From Phoronis australis (taxonomy: Eukaryota; Animalia; Phoronida), in contig NMRA01000428.1 of the NCBI GenBank assembly GCA_002633005.1, positions 232,036 to 296,035 of the forward strand: a DNA stretch of 64,000 nucleotides, read 5' to 3'. The translations under genes and the position numbers were made by a program. Below, in pieces: positions 1 through 12,800 of the stretch (positions are counted from its first letter, which is position 1; every line of letters begins with the position of its first letter). A model generated the notes under the pieces. The model did no database searches. It worked only from the letters and a program-made list of their open reading frames with translations, and was not told the DNA's origin.

Positions 1-2260
1 ATAGACAGATTATTTCATAGCGAAGTGGTTTTCCCACGTAATCTAGAGCCCAGCTGGATCTTGGAGAATTCTACAAAATCTACGAGGGCTCTAGATGAGT
101 GTGCTAACCACTGGCAAATGCAAGAATTTATTTATATCACATACCGAAAGATAAACATTGCAATGAACCGATTTACATATGCATTTCTCGCCTCGCCACG
201 GCTTTGTACATGTCAAAGGTTCGAGGTAGGAGGTCGTGACCTTTTAGAAACGCCGAGTTATTCTAGTTAAAAATGTTTTTACTCAAACGAATTGAAAATT
301 TAAACATAACAGAAATAAGTTGAATCTATAAAACAAGTTTTAAGCAACAAATCTAGCTTACTACACATTTTATCGTACTAAGCCTCCCCCGCGAAAATAT
401 CGTCTGCTAAAGTAGGTTACCACAGGTTACTGAGTATAATGTCCAAGTAAAAGGGTTCCTAACGACATGTTACCCGCATTTAAACTGGATATCGATGGTT
501 TCTAAGTTAGAGAAATGTCAGATAAAATTTATTGACTTAAAATGTTGTTTTTATTGAAGTTGAGTTTGTTGTTTTTCACAGCGTATAAAAGTCAGTACAA
601 TGTCGTTTGTTGAACATGCAATTAGTGCGAAATTTTCTATTTACACGTTCGCAACGGTTAAGTGGACGACTTGAAACAAGCGAAGCGGGTTCGAAACCGT
701 CCTTCGCCCTTCCAAAATGTTATTCAACACGCTTTGAACAACGCTAGGGGTTATTTAACGACCATGTCAGTTTAATAATGTTCCATAAGTGTACTTAATG
801 AAAGTAAAACAGTTGCGTTACAAGTTCTTCAATTTCTTAAATCAAATCACTACATTGGCAAAACATTTAACTTCATGTACAGGTAACCGTGAAATAAAAA
901 ACTACACGTGTGCCACAGACGTACATGCACAGTATGAAGAATTTCAACAACAGGTGTCGCCATACAGTGTAGATTAAATATACCGTTTAGGCGACTGGTG
1001 CCTATATTACAATTTACAGCGCTACAATCTAATGCAAAAAGTAAACTAACAACACAGAAAACCATGCATTGTTATTTACCTAATGCATTCATTGCAGTGA
1101 TATATTTTTCTTGATTGATCTTTTGACACAAGTATTGACTTAAAAGTTCCAACTGCGGCACTTGTCGCACCATTTCAATGACAGGCATGTTATTCAGCAC
1201 CCACATTTTCAACGTCTCTCACTAAAGGAAATCTGATGATTTATGTTGCAGTGGCGTTGCAAGGGGAACACAAAGAAAATTGCAACTGGGATCCACTCAA
1301 AAGGGGACGCCGTTAGATCCCTGAAAGATAAAGAGTGACTATGACTCAAGGTTTTGTTTACTTGAACGGAGAAAAAAAAATGTTAACGCACACCCACCTT
1401 CGCACAGACAGGTTTAAAGGTAGGTCACTGGCGAAGCCAAGACGATTAAGAATGAGACATGTCTCAGTACATGCAAAAATATCCTCACTTCGCTCACTAA
1501 TTTTCAATTTTGTGTTTGACACTCAGTTCACTTCAAAATGCTTCCAGGTTGCCACTCATTTTGCGCACCCCTTACCAGTTGCTAACACCCTTTCTGGCTA
1601 AGCCTGTGGTTAAGGGGGGGCAATGAAAGTAAAACGATCCTTCCGGACATGACCAAAGTCGCTTTCTTAGATTTCACACAATTCCTTCAAAAATTGACTC
1701 TTGTTCGTCCACTTGCCACACACTGTACGCCACTTTATCCAGTCACAGTAACTGGCAATGATGTTTGTGTTCTCAGAGACTTTGACCTGCGATCAAGTGA
1801 GGCTACATTATTTTTGTGGATCGTAAGATTAGATTTCTGACCTTCATGTAATTCTTAAATCACTTTTCACAAAACAGACTTCAGTAAACGTACGGGGTTG
1901 TAAACGAATTATGAGTAATGATTCGTTAAATTGTCTGGACCCACGGTTGACTCCTCAAATTCAAGTTAAACTGAATTTTCACTTCCATATACTCTGTACT
2001 TGGAAATGAGTCATGATTTTTGATCCCAGTGCAAAAGACACTCAAAGCTGCGTGTACTTCCATTCTATAAAAACTATCGTGGAAAGTTCAATTGCAAGTC
2101 TTAACTGCGATTATTGTTTGAATATGCAAGGCTATGCGACTTTGGGGATTGATATATCCGCCCCAAAGACAGTGATTCGTTTCCAACAGCCTTATTCGCA
2201 AAACTCGGTTCCCGCTAGTATCTTACTAGCTGTACAAGAACACCACAATACCTCGACAAG

Positions 2261-2714
2261 TTAACATAATAGACGTTTGAAGACAGTGTCCCCATTACGG
2301 CTACAATACGGTTTTTTGTCGTCTTGACGCCACAGTACCTTGTCCATCCCGCAACGTTTAGACAAATATACTTCTTGTTTGTCAACGCAATCAAATTCCC
2401 CATCATCATCATCATCTTTGAGAAAAGTTTCAAACTCTTTTAAAGGACCTTCTTCTGATATTGTTTCCTCAATCCAAGCCTTCCCTTGAAGTTGTGCAGC
2501 ATGCTGACTTGCAGGGATCTGAAGTAATATTACAAACAACAACCCCAAACGGGTCAGCCCAAGGCAAATATTCATTAAGGACATCTGACCGATATTCTGC
2601 GTACGTGCAGCAGAAATGCGAACAAAACTTACTGTTACGAAGTAGACCAGAGTGAATGTCAATGATTTACAAAAGATGTAATTTCGTGTTCCTGCGATTT
2701 CTCCCATTCGTCAT
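2261..2714 (-). pseudogene. Internally deleted paralog of the MFS gene (exon 1 + start of intron 1 fused to the 3' end of exon 4); residual 148-aa ORF
   Basis: 2600-2790 aligns to 18110-18360 and 2340-2600 aligns to 8700-8986. A net 56-nt deletion in exon 1 puts the ancestral ATG (2714) out of frame. Confidence 0.85.
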
Positions 2715-4814
2715 ATTTTGTAAACAGCGCATTTGGAGAGTTTGGGTTCCACAAAGCAGTGTTCCCTGCTGTCATAAAATTGCAAACTGAAACACTTAAT
2801 ATCAAGAAAAAACGAACTTCAATCGTCAAATACAAGGAGTATTAGGACTGTTTTCATACTCTCCACCCGTGTGTAAAAGATTTATGAATGCATATTGTGT
2901 AAGACAGGTGTGTTCTTAAGCGTGTATTATATAATACTTGGTATTTTGATAACTGGCGAGCAAAAACATTGTACGCACGAGGATGATGATGGACAGACAA
3001 ATGAGATTCCACCACAGCAAAGTGCATGGTTTAATGTATTCCTAAGGCCGCTACATACCCGTTCAGTTGAAGTTCGCAAACTATAGCGTGACTGGCCAAA
3101 CTGTGCATTTTGAAGAGTTCAAATATCCCTGCGTTGCATAATTACTGTAGGACTTGCTTTACCAAAACGACGTTTATCGATAAAATATACACTGGCATTA
3201 AATGTACAGCAAAAACGTGGACACTTTTGATCAAATTTTAAGCATGCAATCAAGCAGTAACGAAGCAATGAACGGTTTCAATTTCCAGTCACATTGTCAA
3301 CAAGTCAAATTTTCTATAACGTCACAGGATTTTTACATTAAGCCTCCGCCTCTCTCACAATGAATTTGAAAAATAATTGAATAGCTTTGGTATAGAAAAT
3401 AATTCTCGAATTCTGACTCACTTCAAGGTTCACGACAGCCTAAATATACGGAATCCTACACAGTGACCTTCAAATCACTGATCGCGGATATAAAATACCC
3501 AAAACGTCACGAAAGGACATGAATCCCGATTCCGGATCACAAAAACGCTCTTCAACCCCTTAGTATATGTAAAATGGAAGTCATTCCAGTCAATGTTGAA
3601 TAGAAACTGAAAAAAGGCAAATGTGTATGTATTTTAGGAAAATATATAGTGAAACAATATGTATGAAAGATTTTATGTACTTGTGCGTTTTCAATTTGTT
3701 TTATCGTTGTACTCATTGTTGAACAGCTAACATACTAACCAGGAACATTCCTATCTCTGCATATTCTATCAAACCCACTGTCACATATGCAAATTTTACA
3801 TGAGTTAAAATTATCCTTCCGTGTCAAGACTACTTGTTGAAATTCGCGTAAAGCGTAGACGAACTACAAGTTTCTTCCAAGACAAGATATCCCTTCTGGT
3901 TTAAGGAAAAATGATTACATTTTCATGACGTTTAACTTAGTATGTCATAAGCTAGACTTGGAAGAAATGCGGGTTAATAGCACGTTCAAGAGTTATGTGA
4001 TGCATATGAACCCCCTGAAGCTATCAAATTTCCGAGACTGTCACGGTTTTACTGAAAGTTCGAACGTCACCAGACCTCAAAAAGATGCATATAATAACTA
4101 TTTATTGACTTTGAAAGCCAAAACTTGTCTTCAAGTCCCAACAAGGGTTGTCCTTTGATGTTCACCTAGAAGTGGATGCGGCGATTTTGCTTACTAATTA
4201 CTGATCAAATATATGATTAATATGTACACGTAGGCAGTGTACGTGCATTTTTCTTACATGTACAAAAACCATTCATGGTAGCCGATAGGGGTATTTTACT
4301 AAAAAGCAACTACGTGCAAACGTAATGAGAAAGCAAGATGTTAAAAACACAGACGAGCATTCTCGTGAAAATCGGTCTTTACCAAGCATGTACAATTGCT
4401 ATTGATTCTAACTTTGGTTCATAGAAGAAAATAACAATATAAAATTTTAATTTTAAAATTTATAAAAGGTGGTAATTCTACTTCAGTTTTGTTGTTTGCC
4501 TCCAAACCGGGTTTCCGAAGATACCCCAGTAAAAAGAAACGTCATCAACTGATTGAAGTTATGATGTTTGGTGTCACCTCAATTTAAGTAGTACATAAAA
4601 ATCAGATTGCACCTTTTAGGCCGAAAAATTCCCTTTACAAGACCGCATAGTTCTATAAGAGGACTCTGAGGAAGTTGGAATCAACATCAGCCAGAGTAGA
4701 ATACTACTTGCTAAACGAGAAATTTCTGTTAACATACATGTACATAAAAACGTGGATGTGTATGTATGTATATATGTATGTGCGTAGGCATCTATGTTTG
4801 CATAGTGTGTTTGT

Positions 4815-4845
<31 letters not shown>

Positions 4846-4862
4846 NNNNNNNNNNNNNNNNN
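4846..4862. other. Assembly gap (17 N) within a TG microsatellite
   Basis: N run. Confidence 0.99.
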
Positions 4863-4976
4863 GTGGGTAAGTGTGGGCGTGTGTGGGTGTAGATACAATA
4901 TTAGTATTAGATCCCATTTTGGTTTGCATTTCATTTCATTGGAATAAGAAAAACAAATTACTTACTGAGAGACGAA

Positions 4977-5270
4977 TTAGTTGGATGCAGACGTTTCGGT
5001 ATGGTTCGCCACACCTTTGTCGATGAATGAAGTGTCTACCGCCGTGGCCTTAGTTAGTATGTTTGAGTACAGGGGAGGTAAATGTACACCGCGGTCCCGG
5101 TTCATAAAGCAGCGCTCCGTTCTGATGTTTATAGATTCTTTGATCTTGCGTGCAAACCAATTTTGTTCTTTGCCGATGAACTTGGATGAGGCAAGGGAGA
5201 CAGAATGTCCATTGGCCAAAGTATGTTCCTGTACAGCTGTTGGTCTGTCTAATTTCTGGTATTCATGCAC
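4977..5270 (-). mobile_element. Penelope-like element 3' fragment (C-terminal GIY-YIG endonuclease region)
   Basis: Translation TAVQEHTLANGH...EQNWFARKIKESINI...MNRDRG.HLPPLY matches the typical PLE GIY-YIG C-terminus; followed by a hammerhead-like motif. Confidence 0.8.
4985..5030 (-). ncRNA. Degenerate minimal hammerhead ribozyme motif in the Penelope pLTR
   Basis: Minus strand reads TCGACAA-A-GGTGTGG-CGAA-CCATACC-GAAAC-GTC. Stem II and GAAAC-GUC are intact; the CUGANGA core is mutated. Confidence 0.55.
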
Positions 5271-5449
5271 GATGACGTCAGCTGCTGAATTGCGCAGCTG
5301 TTAAGTCGACGGCTCGAACTTCTAGCGCAAGGGGTTCGAAATCGACCGCCGTTTCCGCCAAAATGAAGTTCAACACGCGTTGAATAACTATATACATGTA
5401 GGTTACTCAACGGTGCTATTGGTCATGTCAGGCTAGCAACGTGGTATAA

Positions 5450-6300
5450 ATATAGTTTATTACATGAAGAAGTCGTCATCCCTCCATAATCTAGAGCCTT
5501 CGCGCATTTTGGAAAATTATCGTCCTCGCGGACAACGCCCCTAGACCGATAATTCTACAACATCTATTAGGGCTTTAGATATGAGGAATAACCACTGGGA
5601 ACAAGTAATATAAGGATACCATATACTCAGCGATAAACACTGCATCGAATCTATCTACCTGTTTCGACTCGCCTCGGTTTTGTAACCACTTTCTGAGTCA
5701 AAGGCCCGGGTCCAGCGGTCGTGACCTTTTCAGAAACACCGAGTCATTCTTGCTAAAACAATGTTTTTACTCAAAACAAATTGAAAATCTAAACAAAATG
5801 GACATGAAGTGAATCTATAAAATAACTTTTAAGCAACTAATTTAGATTACTACACATCTTATCGTGCTAAGCTCAAACCGTGAAAACGTTGCCTACTAAA
5901 GTAGGTTATGACTTTGTAACAGAGTCCAAGTCAAAGGATCTCGACAACATGTTACCGCATTTAAACTGAATATCGACGATTTACATGTGGGAGAAATGAG
6001 AGATAAACTTTGCATATTTAAAAATATCGTTTTATTGAAATTGTGCTTGGCATTTTTCACAACGTATCAATGTCTGTGCAATGTCGTTTGGCGAACATGC
6101 GATTATTGCGCGTCCTCATTTAAGTATTAGTATTCTATTTTCACGTTCAATGACGTCAGCTGTTGAGTGGAGCAGCGGTTAAGTCGACGGCTCGAAAACT
6201 CTAGCGAAGAGAGTTCAAAACAGTCCTCTGTTCTTCAACGGGCGTTGTTATTTAACGGTTGTATTGGACATGTCGGGCTCATAATGTGGTGAAAGTGCAC
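5450..6300 (+). mobile_element. Dispersed ~0.85-kb non-autonomous element with a terminal palindrome and an internal tRNA-like head (other copies 1-790 +, 27665-28518 -, partial 5271-5450 +)
   Basis: Clear pairwise similarity among copies; the copy at 27665-28518 is absent from the corresponding site in duplicate A. Confidence 0.7.
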
Positions 6301-7283
6301 TGAATGAAAGCAAAGCAGTTACATTACAAGTGTGACCATAGATTAAGAGCTACAAAGCTCATTCAAAAAGTAAATTAGCAACATAATAATCATGGGATGT
6401 CATTGACGTACTGCATGGCAGTGACAATTTTTCTTTATTGCTCTCTTGACACAATTATTAATTTGACATTCCAAACAAAATTTCCTTTGAGGCCACGTGC
6501 CTGCAAAGTTGTAAGCTGTACCTTACTACAGCTTAATGGAGAATGCGGCACTTGTACTTGTTGCACCACTTCAATAACAGGCGTGTTATTCAGCACCCAC
6601 ATTTTCACCGTCCCTCACTAAAGAAAATCTTATGTTGCAGTGGCGTTGCGAGGGGACACAGGGGAAATTGCACCGCGGTGCCATTAGAAATGGGACGCCG
6701 TGAGATCCCCAAAAGATATAAGGTGGATAATGACAAAATTTCTCCTTTACTTGGACGGTGACAAAATGTTAGTGCACGCCCACTTTCGCACAGACAGTTT
6801 AGAGCTAGGGCACAGTCGAAGCAGCAGGGAGTAAAATTGAGACATGTCTCAGTTCAGTGCAACAATATCCACAATTCGCTCATGAATTGTCAATTTTGTA
6901 TTTGACACCCTGTTCATTGCAAAATGCTTCCAGGTTGCTACTCATTTTAATCACCCCTCCCTACTGGTCGCTACCAATTTCGTGCTCGCCCGCAATTAAA
7001 CATTTCTGCCTAAGCCTGTATGCAAGGAAGGCAAATGGTCAGCCCAATCCGTCCAGACATGACCAAAGACGATTTTTAAAGTTCACAGAATTCTTTCAAA
7101 AAGTGAATCTTTTTCGCCCGCTTGCCACACACTATATACGCCACTTCATCCAGTCACAGTAATTAGCAATGATGTTTGTGTTCTCAGGATTTTGCCCTTC
7201 GCTCAAGTTAGGATTATTTTTCAGAAATAATTGTGTGAAGCGCAAGAGCAAATTTCTGACCTACATGTACATGTAATTCTTAA

Positions 7284-8225
7284 ACAGTACACACCATGGA
7301 TTTTTGCACATTTCGAATTACCGGTGGCCATAGACTAAATGTATGACGTAAAATTTAGCCACATCCATGATTATTTTGTGTCATTAGCTCGAAATTTTGA
7401 TTTCTCTTTCAATTTTGCCAATTTTCATATTTCCCGCCATGTGACATCATGGGTTGAACACAAGAGATCAGCGACTAGCATTGAACAACGGCGGAGAGTA
7501 GGGAATTTGAAAGCTACAACGATTATGAGCAAGAAATGAACAAATACTATGAAGAAACGTACGAGAATGGTGGCCAGGATGACGAAATGGGGTTGCACGA
7601 AAGCGAGAACGAGTTTGGTATGTTTTCAGCTGCGTACTTTCTACTTTGAGGCCTTACGAACTGAATCCTCCCGCGAGAGAACCGGCCTCGGGCTCGGCCA
7701 ACAGACGATCCTGAATAAAGAGCCGATGTTTCTGAATATTAAATATCGCCCTTTATTGAACCAGGCCTTCATCGTAACATCTCCTCTGATTGGAGTCGAA
7801 ACACGACTCCTCAAAGTGGGCAGAACACAGAGTGGCTCCGAACAGAATCGCTTGGTCCACGCTGAGGTCCCACACTCTCGTTTGGCGCACGAAGCGATGC
7901 CAGATGCGCAACTTTGGCGTCCTTCGGAACACCGAGACGTTCTCCGTGTGACTGCTGTTGCTGCAGCCTCCGCAAACACATCTTTTCATCCCTCTACGAA
8001 CCTTCTCGACGCTAAATATACTTTACTTTCACTTCACTCTATACACTTAGTTGCTGATCCGAACAGTGTGTCGAACGACTTGGGTTCAACCCATGACGTT
8101 GTACATAATTTTTTTTTTTCAATTTTTACGTGTTTCTTTATGAGATGTGCACTAAAGGCACTGAAATCAAGTAAGATATAATAATAAAATTTATTTCGAG
8201 GTACTAGAGTCATGTTGCGTACACT
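7284..8225 (-). mobile_element. Non-autonomous Kolobok-type DNA transposon with a THAP-domain relic
   Basis: TTAA on both sides (7280-83, 8226-29) versus a single TTAA at the empty site in copy A (~1855). Imperfect TIR ACAGTACACACCATG / AGTGTACGCAACATG; internal IRs at ~7443 and ~8079; THAP motif CVCGGC...W...LCSAHF at 7753-7989. Confidence 0.8.
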
Positions 8226-8688
8226 TTAAGTCACTTTCAACAAAACAGGCCTCAGTGAACGTACGGCTTGTAAAAGTATTATGCGGAATGATTGCTTAAA
8301 TTGTCAGGATCCGTGTTTGACGTCTCAAATTCAAGTCAAGCTGAATTTTCAATTTCATATACTATGTGATTGGAAATGGTTTATGATTTTGATACCAGTG
8401 TAAAGGAGATTCAAAGCCGCGTTTCCTTGCATTCTGGAACAATAATCGAAAAACTTCATGCTTGATTATTGTTTGAAAATGCAACAATATGCAATTTTGG
8501 GAATTGATATACAAGCCTAAAAGTCAGCGATTCGTTTCCAACAGTCTTATTCGCCAATCTCGGATCCCGCTAGTATACATGTATCATGCTGATTGGTGCG
8601 TGATATAACAACATTACGTGTACAATACTTCGACAAGTTTATTAAACTTAACATAATAGACGTACGCAAACTGTTACCCCCAACACGG

Positions 8689-9872
8689 CTACACTACACT
8701 TTCCCGTGGCCTTGACACTACACTACGCTTGCCCACCCCGCAAATTTTAGGCAAATGTACTTCTTGTTTGTCAACACAATCAAAGTCCCCATCATCATCA
8801 TCTTCGAGAAAACTTTCAAATTCTTTTGAATGACTTTCTTCTGATGTCCTATCTTCGATCCAAGTCTTCTCTGGAAGTTGAGCAGCATGGCGACTTGCAA
8901 GGATCTGAAGTAATATTGCAGACAACAACCCCACAGAGGTCAGTCCTAGACAAACATACATTAAGGACATCTGACCGATATTGTGCAGTAGGTATCCAAT
9001 CAGATTGTCCGTACCCAGGTCTACTAAGCTAGATATTACAGATGCCCAGCCAATCAAAACCACAGTAAGACTGACATAATTATTTAGCCAGGACATCATG
9101 GTTGCCCACATGGACGAGGCGAAAAGTCTGTAAACGCAAAAATATACCCATAATGCCGTATGCGAAGTGAGACCAAATGATAAAAGCGTGAATGACAGTG
9201 TTGTTGCAACAGCCTGGGTGAAGAGTATGACGTGTACGGGAACAAGCAAACTGCACAACGAAGTCACGACACGTGACACCAAGAGCATAATGTTTGCAGT
9301 AGATATCAGATATGCGGCTTCCTCTTTTTCAAATTTCAAATCGCTTTCAATTGCAAAGGAAAATCCCCAAAGGGAAAATGCAGTTGTGTGACCACGAAAA
9401 CAAGACAAATACACAGTTGTCCCAATTAGTATGAGCAATCCAAACGTGAAATCCCCGCCAGCCCAATTCCTTGGGGACATAGTTTCCAGGAAACTGGCTT
9501 TTGGTTTGTCATGCGTTTTGCCGTTGCTGTGCACTTTATTGTCGGGAATCAGAATTTTACCTCGTTCAAGAAAATCAAAAATCAAGAAACAGACGCCAAC
9601 CAATAACATGAGATTCGCAAAGATTATAAAGGGTATCTCTATCCTCGACGGCTGAGTGTCTACAGACCATTCGGTGAAATTATCGGTGTTCACTCGCTGC
9701 AAAGACAAGTTAACTAAACTTTCATTAGATACTCGCTGTGTCCGTTGTCGGGAAATGAAAGATTTGCTTATCAATGGCGTGACAGCTTGGCCTAACGGAA
9801 AGCCCACCGTGACGAGATGCAACGGAAACGCCGCTCGTTCTCTCCACATGGAGCTGATTACTTGAGGTACCA
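8689..9872 (-). CDS. MFS transporter exon 4 (terminal; most TM helices and the acidic C-tail)
   Basis: Lies in the 401-aa ORF; acceptor tgttttag at 9880-9873; stop at 8689. Confidence 0.9.
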
Positions 9873-12800
9873 CTAAAACAAAAATATATATCACTTAAGA
9901 TACATATACATGTAAGTCTAATGGATGCTTGATAACCCATTCATGGAATTGGGTACCGCTTATCAAAAAGTCTGAAAATTTGAACCCCCGCAGTATAGGA
10001 CTTCAGACACAATAGAGCTTTTGCCTGTTTGCTACCGGAGTTTGTAGAAAAACGGAGGTAGTGAACCGTTGCCTCAGCCGGAGAAAGAAGGGAATAGCCC
10101 AAAAATGTGGTGACCCAGGGCAGCTAAAAAGTATAGCGACCGACGGACAGGAGAAAAACAATAAAGACTTTGGGAAGTGTTGGGGAAGTGACAGTCGTGA
10201 CAGCTCAAGTTAGTTGGACACCAAATTCTTTTTTAAACTGAGTACACCAGTAAACCATTTCCCAGCACAGAGTACACCATTAAATCTTAACTCAGCACTG
10301 AGTAAAAATTAAAGATGCATTCACTATCCCGTTACTACATGTACTTAAATATGATATCAATAATATATTAATTCGTCCTAAAAATCCAGGGTTAAAAGTC
10401 GTTGCCGAGGTATCGTCCATTTCAATATTCAGTTGAAATTGAGATACATCTTGCAACTGAGTTGAAGAGGAAAACTTTTGGACGGGTCTAACTTGTAAAT
10501 ACTCGGGAGAATCTCGAGGCAACGGACCTTCTTATGGATAACAAAAATCAATGCGTGGGCATCCCAGACGGTAGACTTCATCCAATCTGGATCCCATGAA
10601 ATGTCGCACCGGCCATCGCCTACTTGTTAAACCCGCAGTTGATTTTGGATAGATGAAACTTCTTTATTTGCATTTGTGATGAATTGAATTTCTGTGTGCT
10701 TAGATACTACCAAGATGAAGAGACTTTACACTTAAACGGGTTGCCATTCCCAGATTCTTTTGAGTACATGATGTAGTATATTATCCTAAAAGACTCAATG
10801 GCGACACAAGTGAAAATTTTCCATTTTGTAAAGACGGCTATGCTACGTGTACATCTCTTGGTGTTAAAAAATATCTTTTTGACAAGCATTTTAATTGCTC
10901 TTTCAAAACAGCGTCATCGCGTTCATATCTCATGTTTGTATCGAAATTGTTTACAGTAGATGGCCTGTAATTCCTCTGTCAGCGCTTTCTTGGTGGCTGA
11001 CACTAACCCGCCGGGAAGTAACGGGCATGCCAGGCTAAAAAATAATTTCTAATCAGAAAAAGAACAAGATGAGGGCCACTTTATAGTAGAAAGTAAGCTT
11101 GTTCAAAAGTTGCTTGTTGACTGACAGAAAAGCACTTCCCGAACCGAATGCTCGTAAACCAAACATTTTAAAAATAATTTATAAGTTGCTCGTTCATACT
11201 ACACATATTACAGCAAATCACGCCAAGTTTTGCTTTAGACTTTTTTGCACTCGGTCGACCTGTCGAAAAATGCAATCTGTTTGGATATGATCGCGTGAGA
11301 CAAACACATACCTTCACAAGTTTAAAGGGATTTTCCTATCAGACACTTACGATTGTTGACAATTGCTGCAGGGGTAACACTGATGAAGCGTAACACACCA
11401 AGCACCTCGACAGATGGCGCAATAGGCATCATTGCGTAAAAAAGAGCGCCAACAATGCAGCCAAAAGCAATCACCAAGTTACTTCTGAAATGACGTTAAG
11501 CATTTGAAGTTTCAATGCGTACATATGTGATTGTGTGTGTGCGTGTGGGTGTATGTGCGTGTGTATGTGTGTGTATCTTTGTGTTTGCGTGTTTTTGCGT
11601 TTGGGTATGTATGTGCGTACTAAGATTTTAATTCAAAAATTGCATATGGTATGATAAACACCTGCAGTAATGACGTTTTCGAGTGCGCATGCGTAAGTGC
11701 GATTGCGTGTATGCGTGTGTTTGCGTGTGTGTGTGAGTTTGAGTGAGTGTGTGCGTGCGTGCATGCTTGCGTGTGTGCGCACGCTTTTAAAGTCCTTCTC
11801 TCAAACTGCCCATGTGGTTCCAGTATCCGAATATACTTACTACATTAAATTTTATTTTTGACACCCTTTATTTATATTCTTTTCGCCTTTTTTGCCAAAA
11901 GCGATTTTTGAACAGTATTTGACCCTTCTCTCTGAGCGTATGATTACCGGTTGTTATCGGTTATTTCCGTACCCACATTTCCGGCTCATCAGTTCAGGAA
12001 CTTGTCCTGAACGCAGCCATTTTTTCCTTGTAACTGAATGTGCTATCGCTTGCTCGAAAAGTCTTCATTATTTTGTTTTATTAGTAATATCTCGTGATTC
12101 GTTTGCATATGAACTGTATTTATAGTTTGTAGCTAGTGGTCGTTGATTTTTTTTGGAATGTTACGCGTACTTAGTATGTTAAAATAGCATTGGTGTTTAG
12201 TTCCTTACGTAGGCCGGTCGGAACCTAGGAACCAATATGAGTCGAACCAATTTTTTCGGTTTCATTTTTTTTCTCGTTTTGAAAAAGTACTTTGCTATCA
12301 TCGGAAAGGTAGTGCATTCTACTCAGTAAAAATCGAAAAAGTATCAAAATCGGGGCAAGCAGTGTAAAGTTATTGCAATTTTTTTGGCGAAATTTGGGTC
12401 ACTTTGTTTGGATCGCGTCGGCCATATTGGTGGAGAGCGGGATAAGTGTTGAGTTCAAAAATTTGTGTAAATTGTTTTCGTCAACAAATTACGGTGAAAT
12501 TTAGCTAGACATATCTTTACTTACTATTCTGCACGATTTAACAGTGTTCACCAAATTTCAGCCACGCAGTTGTTACTCATTAAGTGATAAATGTGCTCAC
12601 AATTCCCGTTGGTCTTCGTCTCATTTCTGGCGGCACCGACAACATGGCGACTTTTGCTGAACTGAAAGGCATGTTCAATCGGCTACTTTGTAATTTGTGA
12701 AGATTTAACGTTGATACATTTTGACAAACGTTGCAACAAAAAAGAAACTTTGTTCAATTTCCGTGTTTTTGTTAAAAAATATAAGATGTATTCGAAGTAT

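Larger units (their letters stand above)
1..4950 (+). repeat. Copy A of an old tandem segmental duplication (copy B ~5450-28670)
   Basis: Colinear diverged blocks: 1-1860~5450-7283; 1860-2600~8226-8986; 2600-2790~18110-18360; 2815-2960~19940-20090; 2960-3310~24990-25360; 3310-4730~26050-27655; 4730-4940~28520-28670. Confidence 0.85.

Noticed and set aside
7549-8181. 210-aa plus-strand ORF
   Set aside because: Antisense shadow of the THAP relic with no recognisable domain
10290-10620. piggyBac transposase relic (PRDSPEY..VRP...GR)
   Set aside because: Only a weak motif echo; no TTAA-CCC termini identified
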